Shown here: positions 19,590 through 27,927 of the stretch, in pieces
Position numbering within the stretch: the stretch's first letter is position 1
Layout of the letters: each line of letters begins with the position of its first letter
Assembly (NCBI GenBank): GCA_903884455.1
Contig: CAISEW010000041.1
Location: 17,335 to 81,334 of the forward strand
Direction of reading: 5' to 3'
Source of the DNA: an uncultured Chloroflexota bacterium
GTDB taxonomy: Bacteria; Chloroflexota; Dehalococcoidia; GIF9; AB-539-J10
DNA: 64,000 nucleotides
Notes under the pieces: generated by a model
What the model saw: only the letters and a program-made list of their open reading frames with translations
What the model was told of the DNA's origin: nothing
The model's database searches: none
Made by a program: the position numbers and the translations under genes

Positions 19590-21152
19590 TTAGTAGTAGT
19601 AATGTGTTCTTCTCCTTATTACGAAAAAGTAAACCAGGGCGCCGATGAGCACCACTATTGCGACTATGCTGGCAATGAATACCCATAGGGGCAGGAGTCC
19701 AGCATGTAAGGAACGGGCTGCGGTCCAGTTGCCTGCGTTCTCTGCTCTATCTACGGCTTGCACAATCCAGTAGTAGGTGCCATAAGGCAGGGCTTCTGTC
19801 GCATTCAAGGTATAGTTCGTTCCGACTATGTCCGGAACTGAAACTATGGGGTCAGCAAATCCTTCAGTGGTGATGTTGGCACTGGTCGCTATCTGCAGGC
19901 TATAGCGAACTCCACTGGGATCGGATACCGCCGACCATTCAAATGTCGGCCTCACCTTGCCTATGAATCCCACGCGGCTTCCGTCGGCTGGCGATTTGAG
20001 TTCCGGCACAGGTGGAGGGACTGATTCCATGGTGAAGTTGGCGGTGGCGTTGTTCCCGGCAGTATCGCCGGCTGTTACCGGGCGCTCGCCGTGTTGACTT
20101 TCAGGCACGGCAAAACTTGCCTCAAAGTTGCCGTTGTCGTTGGTTTCGGCTGTCGCTTTCTGGCTACCATCGTACTTTATGGACACATCTTCGGTGGCGG
20201 CAAATCCGCGACCGGTGACGGTCAGGTTTGTGCCCACGTGTCCTTCGTCAGGAGACAGCACGATGCCAGGCTCTATCTTGAAGCTGAGTGCAGTGATGGC
20301 GGCTTTTGGAGTCGATTCTCCGTAGGCAGTCACGTTATACGTGCCTTTGGGCATTTCGGGCACCTCGAAGCTTTTTTCCCAGTAACCTTCGTCGTCAGCA
20401 TCAACCCTGATTTCTGTCCCCACTTCCTCTCCTGCAAATAATATCCTGATGTACCTGTCGTTAGCATAAAATCCGTTGCCTGTCATAGTTATGTTGTCGC
20501 CTACGGTGCCCGATGATTTATCCAGGCTTATCCCCGGCGTTACTTCGAAGGTGGCATCCTTGACTTGATAGAAGCTGCTGCTGGCACCCTGGGCGTCTAT
20601 TTTATGGTTTCCCGTGGTGGAAGGAGGAATTTGGAAACTCCGCTGCCAATTGCCCGTGGCATTCGCCGTGATATTCCCTGGTATCGGTGCATAGCCGGTG
20701 CTATTGAGGTAATACCTCAGCTCGATGCCTGTTTCATTCTTGGCAAATCCATGGCCTTGCACGGTAACATTAGTGCCCACAGGACCTTTGGCAGGACTTA
20801 TTGTCAGCCCCGGCTTCACGGTAAAGTTTTCCGTAGCTTGAGGGGTAGTGTCTATATCAGCACGCACTTCGTGTGCGCCTTTGCAGCTTTCGGGAACGGT
20901 GAAGGTGACATTGAAGCTTCCCGTACTGGTGGTCTGGACATCTATCATCCAGTCCCCGGCATAGTAAATATCAACCCACTTACGAGCCGTAAAGTTATAG
21001 CCATAGACGGTAACCTCTGTTCCGGGCACTCCGTCACCGGGGTCGAGCGTGATAGAAGGTCCTATGCCATCGGCTTGTGCAGGCGTAGCCGGCAGGGCCA
21101 TAGCTACAAGGCAAACGATGAAAACAACCAGTAACCGAGATAGCACACGCAT
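19590..21152 (-). CDS. surface protein with Ig-like (IPT/TIG-type) repeats and C-terminal TM anchor
   Basis: Signal peptide (AQA); four G-x-x-G-T-x-V-T-V-x-G-x-x-F repeats; FN3-like GTYYWIVQAVD; TM helix then RRR. Confidence 0.8.
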   Translation of the reverse strand: MRVLSRLLVVFIVCLVAMALPATPAQADGIGPSITLDPGDGVPGTEVTVYGYNFTARKWVDIYYAGDWMIDVQTTSTGSFNVTFTVPESCKGAHEVRADIDTTPQATENFTVKPGLTISPAKGPVGTNVTVQGHGFAKNETGIELRYYLNSTGYAPIPGNITANATGNWQRSFQIPPSTTGNHKIDAQGASSSFYQVKDATFEVTPGISLDKSSGTVGDNITMTGNGFYANDRYIRILFAGEEVGTEIRVDADDEGYWEKSFEVPEMPKGTYNVTAYGESTPKAAITALSFKIEPGIVLSPDEGHVGTNLTVTGRGFAATEDVSIKYDGSQKATAETNDNGNFEASFAVPESQHGERPVTAGDTAGNNATANFTMESVPPPVPELKSPADGSRVGFIGKVRPTFEWSAVSDPSGVRYSLQIATSANITTEGFADPIVSVPDIVGTNYTLNATEALPYGTYYWIVQAVDRAENAGNWTAARSLHAGLLPLWVFIASIVAIVVLIGALVYFFVIRRRTHYYY

Positions 21153-21234
21153 TTAACTCACCTCCCTTTTGCTATTATAAACGAAAATGACCAGAAAAAG
21201 TAAGTAGTCTTGACTATTTTGGGACAAATTTGTT

Positions 21235-21319
21235 GAGATTGCTTCGGCTGATTTCATCAGCCTCGCAATGACAGGAAGGGAATGTCATTGCGAGCACCTG
21301 AAAGGTGCGTGGCAATCCC
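21235..21319. repeat. pair of TGTCATTGCGA..GCAATC elements
   Basis: 21235-21273 (-) and 21283-21319 (+). Confidence 0.9.
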
Positions 21320-21370
21320 CACAGTTAAATTCCAAAATCCAAACTCCAAACAAATCCCTTCAAAATGCAA

Positions 21371-21455
21371 AAATAGCGGTAGTAACAAGAATACAGAATC
21401 CAGTAGGGAAATCTTCTGAATACTGAATTCTGACTACTGGCTACTGACTATTACT
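21371..21455. repeat. heptamer-built palindromic element, inverted copy of 16688-16759
   Basis: Reverse complement shares taatagtcagtag.cagtag and ctactggattctgtattcttgttactacc.ctattt with copy 1. Confidence 0.75.
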
Positions 21456-23013
21456 AGTAGTAGTATCTTCTCCTTATTACCAAAGCGCGAATCAAAGCGC
21501 CGAGAAGCACCGCTATTGCCACTATGATGAGAATGAATGCCCACATAGGCAAGAGTCCAGCACGGAAAGAGTGAGCCGCAGTCCAGCCTCTTTCGTTCCC
21601 TGCGCCGTCTACGGCTTGCACAATCCAGTAGTAAGTGCCATCAGGCAGGGCATCTGTCGCATTCAGGGTGTAGTTCGTCCCGACTATGTCCGCAACTGAA
21701 ACTATGGGGTGAGCGAATTCTCCGGTGGTGGTGACGTTGGCACTGGTTGCTATCTGCAGGCTATAGTGAACTCCACTGTCATCGGATACTGCTGACCAAC
21801 TGAACGTCGGCGTCACCTTGCCCATGAGTCCCGCCCAACCTCCGTTGGATGGTGAAATGAGTGTTGGTATGTCCGGAGGATGTGATTCCATGATGAGGAT
21901 AGCAGTGGCATTATTCCCCCCAACATCCGTGGCTATTATTTGGCGCTCACCATGTGGGCTCTCAGGCACGACAAAGATTGCCTCAAAGCTGCCTGTGTCG
22001 TTGGTCGTGGCTGTTGCTTTCTGGTTACCATCGTACATTATGACCACATCTTTGTTGGCGGCGAATCCATGGCCCGTGACGGTCAAGTTCATGCCCACGT
22101 ATCCTTCGTCGGGGGGCAACACGATGTCCGGCTCTATCTTGAAGCTGAGCTCGCTGATATCTTCTTTCTTAGTCCATTCTCCCTCGGCGGCCACGCTATA
22201 CGTGCCTGCGGGCATTTCGGGCACCTCGAAGCTTCCCTCCCAGTTACCTTGAGAATCGGCTTTGATGCCTGTGACCACTGCCTCCCCATCAAACAATATC
22301 TGGATGTTCTTTTCATAAGCCACAAATCTGCTGCCCGTCATGGTTATTGCATCGCCCATGCTGCCCCATGGTTTATCTAGGCTTACCTCTGACGTTACTC
22401 TAAAAATGGCATCTTGGACCTCATAAAACTGGCTCTCAGCACCCTGGGCATCTATCTTATGTTCTCCCTTGGTGGAGGGGGGAATTGAGAAACTCGTCTC
22501 CCAACTGCCCGTGGCATTGGCTACTATACGCCTTTGTATCGTTTGGTAGTTGTCATTGAGGTAATACATCAACTCGATGCCCTGTTCATTCTGGGCAAAG
22601 CCCTGTCCTGTCACGGTAACATTAGTGCCCACAGGACCTTCGGCAAGACTTATTGTCAACCCCGGCTTCACGGCGAAGTAAGTATCTACTCTGACAGTCC
22701 CTATGTAGGTCCCTACCACAGCGAGTAATTTGTGGTCTCCCTTACAGCTTTCAGGGATGGTGAGGTGGATTGTGAAATCTCCACTGCCATCGGTCTGGCC
22801 TGTGGCTACGTGGGTCTCGTCATAATAGATGTCCACATACTTGCCGTCATCAAAGTACTGGCCAGTGACGATGATCTCTGTTCCGGGGGCTCCTGAGCCA
22901 GGGGAGAGCTGGATGGAAGGTCCTCCACACTGAGCCTGTGCGGGCACAGCTGGCAGGGTCATAGTGACAAGGCAGACGACGAGAACGATGACCAATCGAG
23001 ATAGTAAGCGCAT
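21454..23013 (-). CDS. tandem paralogue of the Ig-repeat surface protein
   Basis: Same architecture and long near-identical stretches (e.g. DIVGTNYTLNAT, YYWIVQAVD) as 19590..21152. Confidence 0.8.
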   Translation of the reverse strand: MRLLSRLVIVLVVCLVTMTLPAVPAQAQCGGPSIQLSPGSGAPGTEIIVTGQYFDDGKYVDIYYDETHVATGQTDGSGDFTIHLTIPESCKGDHKLLAVVGTYIGTVRVDTYFAVKPGLTISLAEGPVGTNVTVTGQGFAQNEQGIELMYYLNDNYQTIQRRIVANATGSWETSFSIPPSTKGEHKIDAQGAESQFYEVQDAIFRVTSEVSLDKPWGSMGDAITMTGSRFVAYEKNIQILFDGEAVVTGIKADSQGNWEGSFEVPEMPAGTYSVAAEGEWTKKEDISELSFKIEPDIVLPPDEGYVGMNLTVTGHGFAANKDVVIMYDGNQKATATTNDTGSFEAIFVVPESPHGERQIIATDVGGNNATAILIMESHPPDIPTLISPSNGGWAGLMGKVTPTFSWSAVSDDSGVHYSLQIATSANVTTTGEFAHPIVSVADIVGTNYTLNATDALPDGTYYWIVQAVDGAGNERGWTAAHSFRAGLLPMWAFILIIVAIAVLLGALIRALVIRRRYYY

Positions 23014-23093
23014 TTGACTATTCTTTCGTTATTATAACCGAAAAGTATACCAGAAAGTAAAGCGGGCTACCCCTGCCACTATGCTTTTCTATA

Positions 23094-23182
23094 TGTCATT
23101 GCGAGTCCCGATTTATCGGGACGTGGCAATCCCTGCCCCTCCGAGATTGCTTCGGCTGACTAAAGTCAGCCTCGCAATGACA
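23094..23182. repeat. pair of TGTCATTGCGA..GCAATC elements
   Basis: 23094-23132 (+) and 23143-23182 (-). Confidence 0.9.
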
Positions 23183-23209
23183 AATGGGAATACACTGAGC
23201 ATTTGTGGA

Positions 23210-23241
23210 AAAAGGGAGGGGCGGCTTTCGCCGCCCCTCTT
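23210..23241 (-). terminator. putative intrinsic terminator of the S-layer gene
   Basis: GAGGGGCGG stem with short loop; CCTTTT follows on the minus strand. Confidence 0.6.
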
Positions 23242-23290
23242 GGAAATCACCTTTACCTCTCCCTCGAAGAGAGGGTTAGGTGGGGTGTGC

Positions 23291-26200
23291 TTATACCCGA
23301 CGAGTCCTGAAGATGAGCACTATGACCACAATCACCAGAACCGCGCCGATGGCGATAACTACCCACACCCAGAATGGGGTTGCGGGAGCTGGGTGCGACG
23401 TAGCTTCGTGCGCTTGCAGTGCCGCCGCACTGTCGAAGCACAGACCGTCAATTGGATCACAGAACGCACCCTGTGCTCCTGTGGTAAAGGTGCCTATGAC
23501 GCTCGTGCTTATGACAGCACCTGCATTGTAGGCGGTCACCTGCCAGTAGTAGGTGGTGCCGTGGGTCAGCGTTCCGGTATAAGTGCAGGCTGTGGTGGTC
23601 AGGCCGGTCTTGGTTTGGAGGGGGCTGGAAAGATCAGCGTTGGCCGACAGCACCCACTTGAACGCATCAGCAGTAGCTGTCATGTGCCAGCTGAAGCCCA
23701 CATTCATTGTACCCACACCGGTGGCTCCGGGCGCAGGAGCGACAAGGTCGATCGCGGCAGCTCCCACACTGGGAGCAATTGTGACCTTCATGGGATCAGA
23801 CCACCAGCTGTGGATTACTTGACAGGTCCCAGCCTGGGTAGCTCTGACTCTCATGTAGTAGGTGGTTTCACAAGAAAGCCCTTCTCCACCCACTCCTCCC
23901 GCGACCAAGTAGCTAGTAGGGGTTTTACTGCCTTCGCGAGGAGCTGATATGGTGTCAAACACAGCGGTGAAGTCCTCGTCCAGTGCAAACTGTATTTCAT
24001 AGTGGCAGGCATCGCACAGGCCGTCCCACGTGATGCCAAACGGTGCATTGTAGCATGAGCAGGGGTCGGCTTTGATGGTCGTGTTGCCAGTAGGAGATGT
24101 CACGTCGGGAGCCTTCTTGGCATAGCAGTCCTCGAAGGTCCAGACAGCGCCATCTTCGTGATTGGACATGTCGTAGCCATATTCCGAGGCGCCCCAGGAG
24201 TCAATGGCAAAGAGCTTGCTGTTGCTATCTGGAGTCAGACAACCGCAGATCTTCAGGGCATTGGGCGTTGCCTGGAAGCCTACCTCGTAGTCAAGGCCCA
24301 CAGTCAGGTAATCCCACTCAACACACGTCGCGCACTCTATGGTTTCGGCAGGGTTGAGCGAGCGGGCCACGCCGGTCTGCCAACACGTCCAGGTGTTACA
24401 GTCAGGGGCACCGGCGTAGTCACAATACTCTCTGGTGAAGCTGGCGTAGAGGACGCCGCCGGTGGCAGCGCTGGTGTAGGGATTGCCATTAATATTGCTC
24501 AGTACCAGGCCGGTGTAGCTCAAGTCATGCCTGGCACCCGTGTCTGCCCAGTCATCGCTTGTGCCAAGGACCCAGCGGTAGATGCCGCCGTTGTAGTCGT
24601 CGCCGCCCCATCCCTCTATAGCAGCGTAGATTATATTATTGGTGTCGAAGTAGGTATCGAAAGCCACGCTGGTGTGGCCCTCAACGGGAGTCGTCGCGTC
24701 GTTGCCAGCTGCATCCTGCAGATGGGTGAAGGTCTCACCTCCATCGTCGGAGTAAGCAACCTCACCATCAAACATGCCGCCGACAAGGACATAGTCGCCA
24801 TGGACAGCGATGCTCCAACCATAAGTGTTCAGCTTGCTGTCCACCGCGTCATGCCAGCCATCAGAATCGTACATGGAAACGTCGCCATTATAATCCAGGG
24901 CATAGAGGGTATCGGCGTCTTTGGCGACCAGGTCCACGATCTCGGTTAGCGTGGTGGATGGTAAGGGGGTCCAGCAACCCAGGGTTTCCAGGTCATTCCG
25001 GTACACATTGCTGGTCCCATAGTCCACGAGATAGACGGTATCTCCGGTTGTTTCAGTCAGAGGCAGCCTGAGCAAGCCCGCTTCGGAACCATCTGTGTAT
25101 TCATACCATGTTGTGCCTGTGAGCTCGCCGCACCAGGTCCTCAGCCATTTGCCGCTGTATTCCTCAGCCTCGGGAAGGCTCGTAGCTTTGAGCCAGACGC
25201 TGTCACAGCCAGCACCCTGACGCTGCCCGTTATTAACGCTGACAAGCATCATCTTGTTGCAGTCGGGCGAGACCGCGACATCGGACAGGTAGTCGATCGC
25301 AGTGTCAACCAGGCTGAGCTGGTTCCAGGTATTGCCGCCGTCGAAAGTTACCGACCAGGCGCCCTCGTCGTAATCGAAAACGCCCTGGAGGGCGACAGCG
25401 TAAGCCTTGTCTGCGCTGACAAAGGATACCGCCATGGCGGTCTCTCCGGTGGGTGGCTTGCAAGCCTTCAGCCATCGCTGACAGCAGATATCCATGTTGT
25501 GGATGCCCGTGTTGCGATAGACCTGGACGCCCGCACAGCCGCCACCGTTATAGAGGCTGGTTCCGCTGCCTAGCACGCCGGCGATAGCCTCACCTTCGGC
25601 TATGGTACCGTAGTAGGAGACATTGGTCAGCCAGAGTTCGCCGTTCTTGACCTGCTGTACTACGGGGTCGGCGGAGTCATTGTCCACCCGCACTATCTTG
25701 CATGCGGAATAGCCCGTATTATAATCATAGTAGTTCACCCAGACCCAGAGAACTCTGGTATCGGTGCTCTTACTGTTGTAGTCGCTGGGCAGGGTCAGGC
25801 CGGCTATTGATCTGACGTCGTACGAGATACCGCTTGATAGCAGATTCTCATTGTGTAGTACGAGCACAGCGTCGATGCCCAGAGTGGACTTCGCGTTCCA
25901 GCCCGGGGTTGATAGCATACTACCGGACTGCAGGTAGATATCCGAGTAGGGCATGTTGTAGGGAACAACGGTGGTAACCAGGAGGGTCTTGTCCGTCGCA
26001 TAGCTGGGTGAGAATTCCATGAAGGTAACGCCAATCGAGGTAAAGCTGGCAGCGGTAGAGCTGCCGACGTTATCCCAGCCAGCATAGGCTGTGGCATCCT
26101 GCCAGGCACCGGCGCTCTCTCCGGTAACCGTGCAGCGGAAAAGCAGGGAGTATCCGCTCAAATCGGAGCCACCGGCGACGATATCCCGCTTGCCGGCCAC

Positions 26201-26767
26201 TTCGGGGGAGACGGCGAGGTCAGCGACTGACCCGCCTGAGGGGTTGAAGTATTTGCCGTTATCCGTAACTTCGCCGGCGTCATTGAAGGTCGTGCCGCCG
26301 TCGTTGGAGAAGTAAACACGGAGTTCAGTGGTATTAGTCCAGAAAACGACAGCCACGAAGTTGGGGTCCACCCCGTCGGTCTCGACTCGCAGCAATTGAC
26401 TTATGCTGACTGTCTTGTCTACTTTCGCCAGTGCATCGGTGAGGTCGGTCCAGGTGGCAGCGCCGTCATCGGACTTCAGCACGCGATAACTCTGATTACT
26501 CCAACTCTCATCATATCCATATACCACGGCGTAGGTCACTGCTCCTTCGGAAGCCAGGGCATAATCGATAATCGTGCTCTGTGGTGACAGGACCCAGCCG
26601 GCCATGGTGGGAGTGTCCGTCATGCTCCATTCGGCCTTTACATTATTATTGCCATTGGCGGCGCTCACCTTGTGGGCGGGTGCCGCTGTAATAAACAGAC
26701 TGAGCGCCAGTGCCGCAGCGATGAGTATATACATCGCCCTCACTGGCCACTCTCTTGATTTAATCAT
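23291..26767 (-). CDS. large BNR/Asp-box, Cys-rich cell-surface (S-layer-like) protein with C-terminal TM anchor
   Basis: Start reassigned to ATG 26767 after AAAGGAGG; signal peptide; Asp-boxes KSDDGAATW, FSNDGGTTF, TFDGGNTW, YSDDGGETF; FN3-like TTYYWQV; TM helix then FRTRRV. Confidence 0.8.
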   Translation of the reverse strand: MIKSREWPVRAMYILIAAALALSLFITAAPAHKVSAANGNNNVKAEWSMTDTPTMAGWVLSPQSTIIDYALASEGAVTYAVVYGYDESWSNQSYRVLKSDDGAATWTDLTDALAKVDKTVSISQLLRVETDGVDPNFVAVVFWTNTTELRVYFSNDGGTTFNDAGEVTDNGKYFNPSGGSVADLAVSPEVAGKRDIVAGGSDLSGYSLLFRCTVTGESAGAWQDATAYAGWDNVGSSTAASFTSIGVTFMEFSPSYATDKTLLVTTVVPYNMPYSDIYLQSGSMLSTPGWNAKSTLGIDAVLVLHNENLLSSGISYDVRSIAGLTLPSDYNSKSTDTRVLWVWVNYYDYNTGYSACKIVRVDNDSADPVVQQVKNGELWLTNVSYYGTIAEGEAIAGVLGSGTSLYNGGGCAGVQVYRNTGIHNMDICCQRWLKACKPPTGETAMAVSFVSADKAYAVALQGVFDYDEGAWSVTFDGGNTWNQLSLVDTAIDYLSDVAVSPDCNKMMLVSVNNGQRQGAGCDSVWLKATSLPEAEEYSGKWLRTWCGELTGTTWYEYTDGSEAGLLRLPLTETTGDTVYLVDYGTSNVYRNDLETLGCWTPLPSTTLTEIVDLVAKDADTLYALDYNGDVSMYDSDGWHDAVDSKLNTYGWSIAVHGDYVLVGGMFDGEVAYSDDGGETFTHLQDAAGNDATTPVEGHTSVAFDTYFDTNNIIYAAIEGWGGDDYNGGIYRWVLGTSDDWADTGARHDLSYTGLVLSNINGNPYTSAATGGVLYASFTREYCDYAGAPDCNTWTCWQTGVARSLNPAETIECATCVEWDYLTVGLDYEVGFQATPNALKICGCLTPDSNSKLFAIDSWGASEYGYDMSNHEDGAVWTFEDCYAKKAPDVTSPTGNTTIKADPCSCYNAPFGITWDGLCDACHYEIQFALDEDFTAVFDTISAPREGSKTPTSYLVAGGVGGEGLSCETTYYMRVRATQAGTCQVIHSWWSDPMKVTIAPSVGAAAIDLVAPAPGATGVGTMNVGFSWHMTATADAFKWVLSANADLSSPLQTKTGLTTTACTYTGTLTHGTTYYWQVTAYNAGAVISTSVIGTFTTGAQGAFCDPIDGLCFDSAAALQAHEATSHPAPATPFWVWVVIAIGAVLVIVVIVLIFRTRRV

Positions 26768-27206
26768 TATTTCCTCCTTTATAGGTATCCAACTTATCTT
26801 CACTCTCGCCCGAGGTCGACCCCTCAGGGCTCGAGTCATTGGAAACGTTTTTTCAGTAAACCTAGTTTTAAGCCTGCCTCATTTCAGGCTGCCCTTTTTG
26901 AGATTGCGGAGCTTGTTCCGAGTGAAACAAGGAATCTCGCTCCTCGCAATAGCTTCTTGCCCGGGCCAGGCATTGTTCTCTTCCCCTCGACTCCTCGCAA
27001 TGGCGATTCGCTTCGGGACTTTGCCATAGGCGTCACCTCCTTTCCATTTTATTGAGTAATGCCATTCTGAGGAGCCCCGATTCATCGGAGCTGGCTCAGA
27101 ATGACCGGCAAATGTCATCTAACAATATTCAATTATTAAAGTTCCAACAAAATCAAATTTCTCGCCAAAAGCCATAGTAATAGGCTTTAGGCCTACCTAA
27201 CCTTCT

Positions 27207-27301
27207 ACTTTAAACCTATATATCTATTTTGTCAATAGGTGAATTAAGAAATTTGCCAAAATAGCTTAGGTTTATTATAACCCCCAGCTTTCTTTTGTCA
27301 A
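27207..27301 (-). promoter_or_regulatory. two tandem near-consensus sigma70 promoters for the S-layer gene
   Basis: TTGACA(27235-27230)-17-TAAAGT(27212-27207) and TTGACA(27301-27296)-16-TATAAT(27279-27274). Confidence 0.7.
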
Positions 27302-27413
27302 TATGCCTCATATAGCGAGGTATAAGTGAGGCAGGGACAATCCCCCTCCTGTCATTGCGAGGCTGACTTCGTCAGCCGAAGCAATCTCGGGTCGGGATGG
27401 TTGAGGCTAACAG

Positions 27414-27459
27414 GACAAAAATTCCTTGCCCTTTTAGAACAAAGGTGCTAATTTATACT
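27414..27459 (+). promoter_or_regulatory. promoter with LexA-like box, upstream of the virion operon
   Basis: GACAAAA-N5-TTGCCC; AGAAC-AAAG-GTGCT at 27436-27449; TATACT at 27454; same spacing as 16137-16177. Confidence 0.65.
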
Positions 27460-27464
27460 CTATT

Positions 27465-27848
27465 ATGGAAAATGGATTGCTCTGGGATTTGTTGCCCGAG
27501 GAATTCCCCTACGAAGATAAAGGCTGTGAGCTCTTTTCCTCCTGTCTTAACTGCCCCTTTCCTGATTGTCTTGAAGAGGAGCCCTGGGGGAAGGAGAGAT
27601 TCTTAAAGCGCAGGCGAGCCGGGAGAATGCTGGAGTTGAAGCGGGAAGGGAAAAGCGTTAAGGAGATTGCCCGCATATTTGAGGTGAGCCCGAGAACGGT
27701 ACAGAGATGGTTGAAGGCGGTGGAAGCAGCTACCCCCTCTGTCGTTGCGAGAAGCCGAGATTCCTCGTTTCACTCGGAACCTGCTCCGCAATCCCATGGG
27801 GCTGTTGACGATGGAGATTGCCACGCACCTTTCAGGTGCTCGCAATGA
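27465..27848 (+). CDS. Cys-rich HTH regulator (sigma70 region 4-like HTH); C-terminus extended by repeat elements
   Basis: C-x5-CxxCP-x3-C, then GKSVKEIARIFEVSPRTVQRWL; residues after about 27740 and the stop codon come from palindromic elements. Confidence 0.75.
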   Translation: MENGLLWDLLPEEFPYEDKGCELFSSCLNCPFPDCLEEEPWGKERFLKRRRAGRMLELKREGKSVKEIARIFEVSPRTVQRWLKAVEAATPSVVARSRDSSFHSEPAPQSHGAVDDGDCHAPFRCSQ

Positions 27849-27927
27849 CACTCCCTTCATGTCGTTGCGAGGCTGATTTCGTCAGCCGAAGCAATCTTGT
27901 GGAGGACAGCTAAAGGAGGCTTAAGAG

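Noticed and set aside
23081-23947. 288-aa plus-strand ORF and the many other antisense ORFs in the track
   Set aside because: Shadow frames of well-supported genes, or readings through repeat elements
26768-26839. ORF-track N-terminal extensions of the S-layer gene (also 48228 nitroreductase, 43430 uvrC, 32000 and 34947 ORFs)
   Set aside because: Better starts with RBS or promoter lie downstream, or the ORF is the second half of a frameshifted gene
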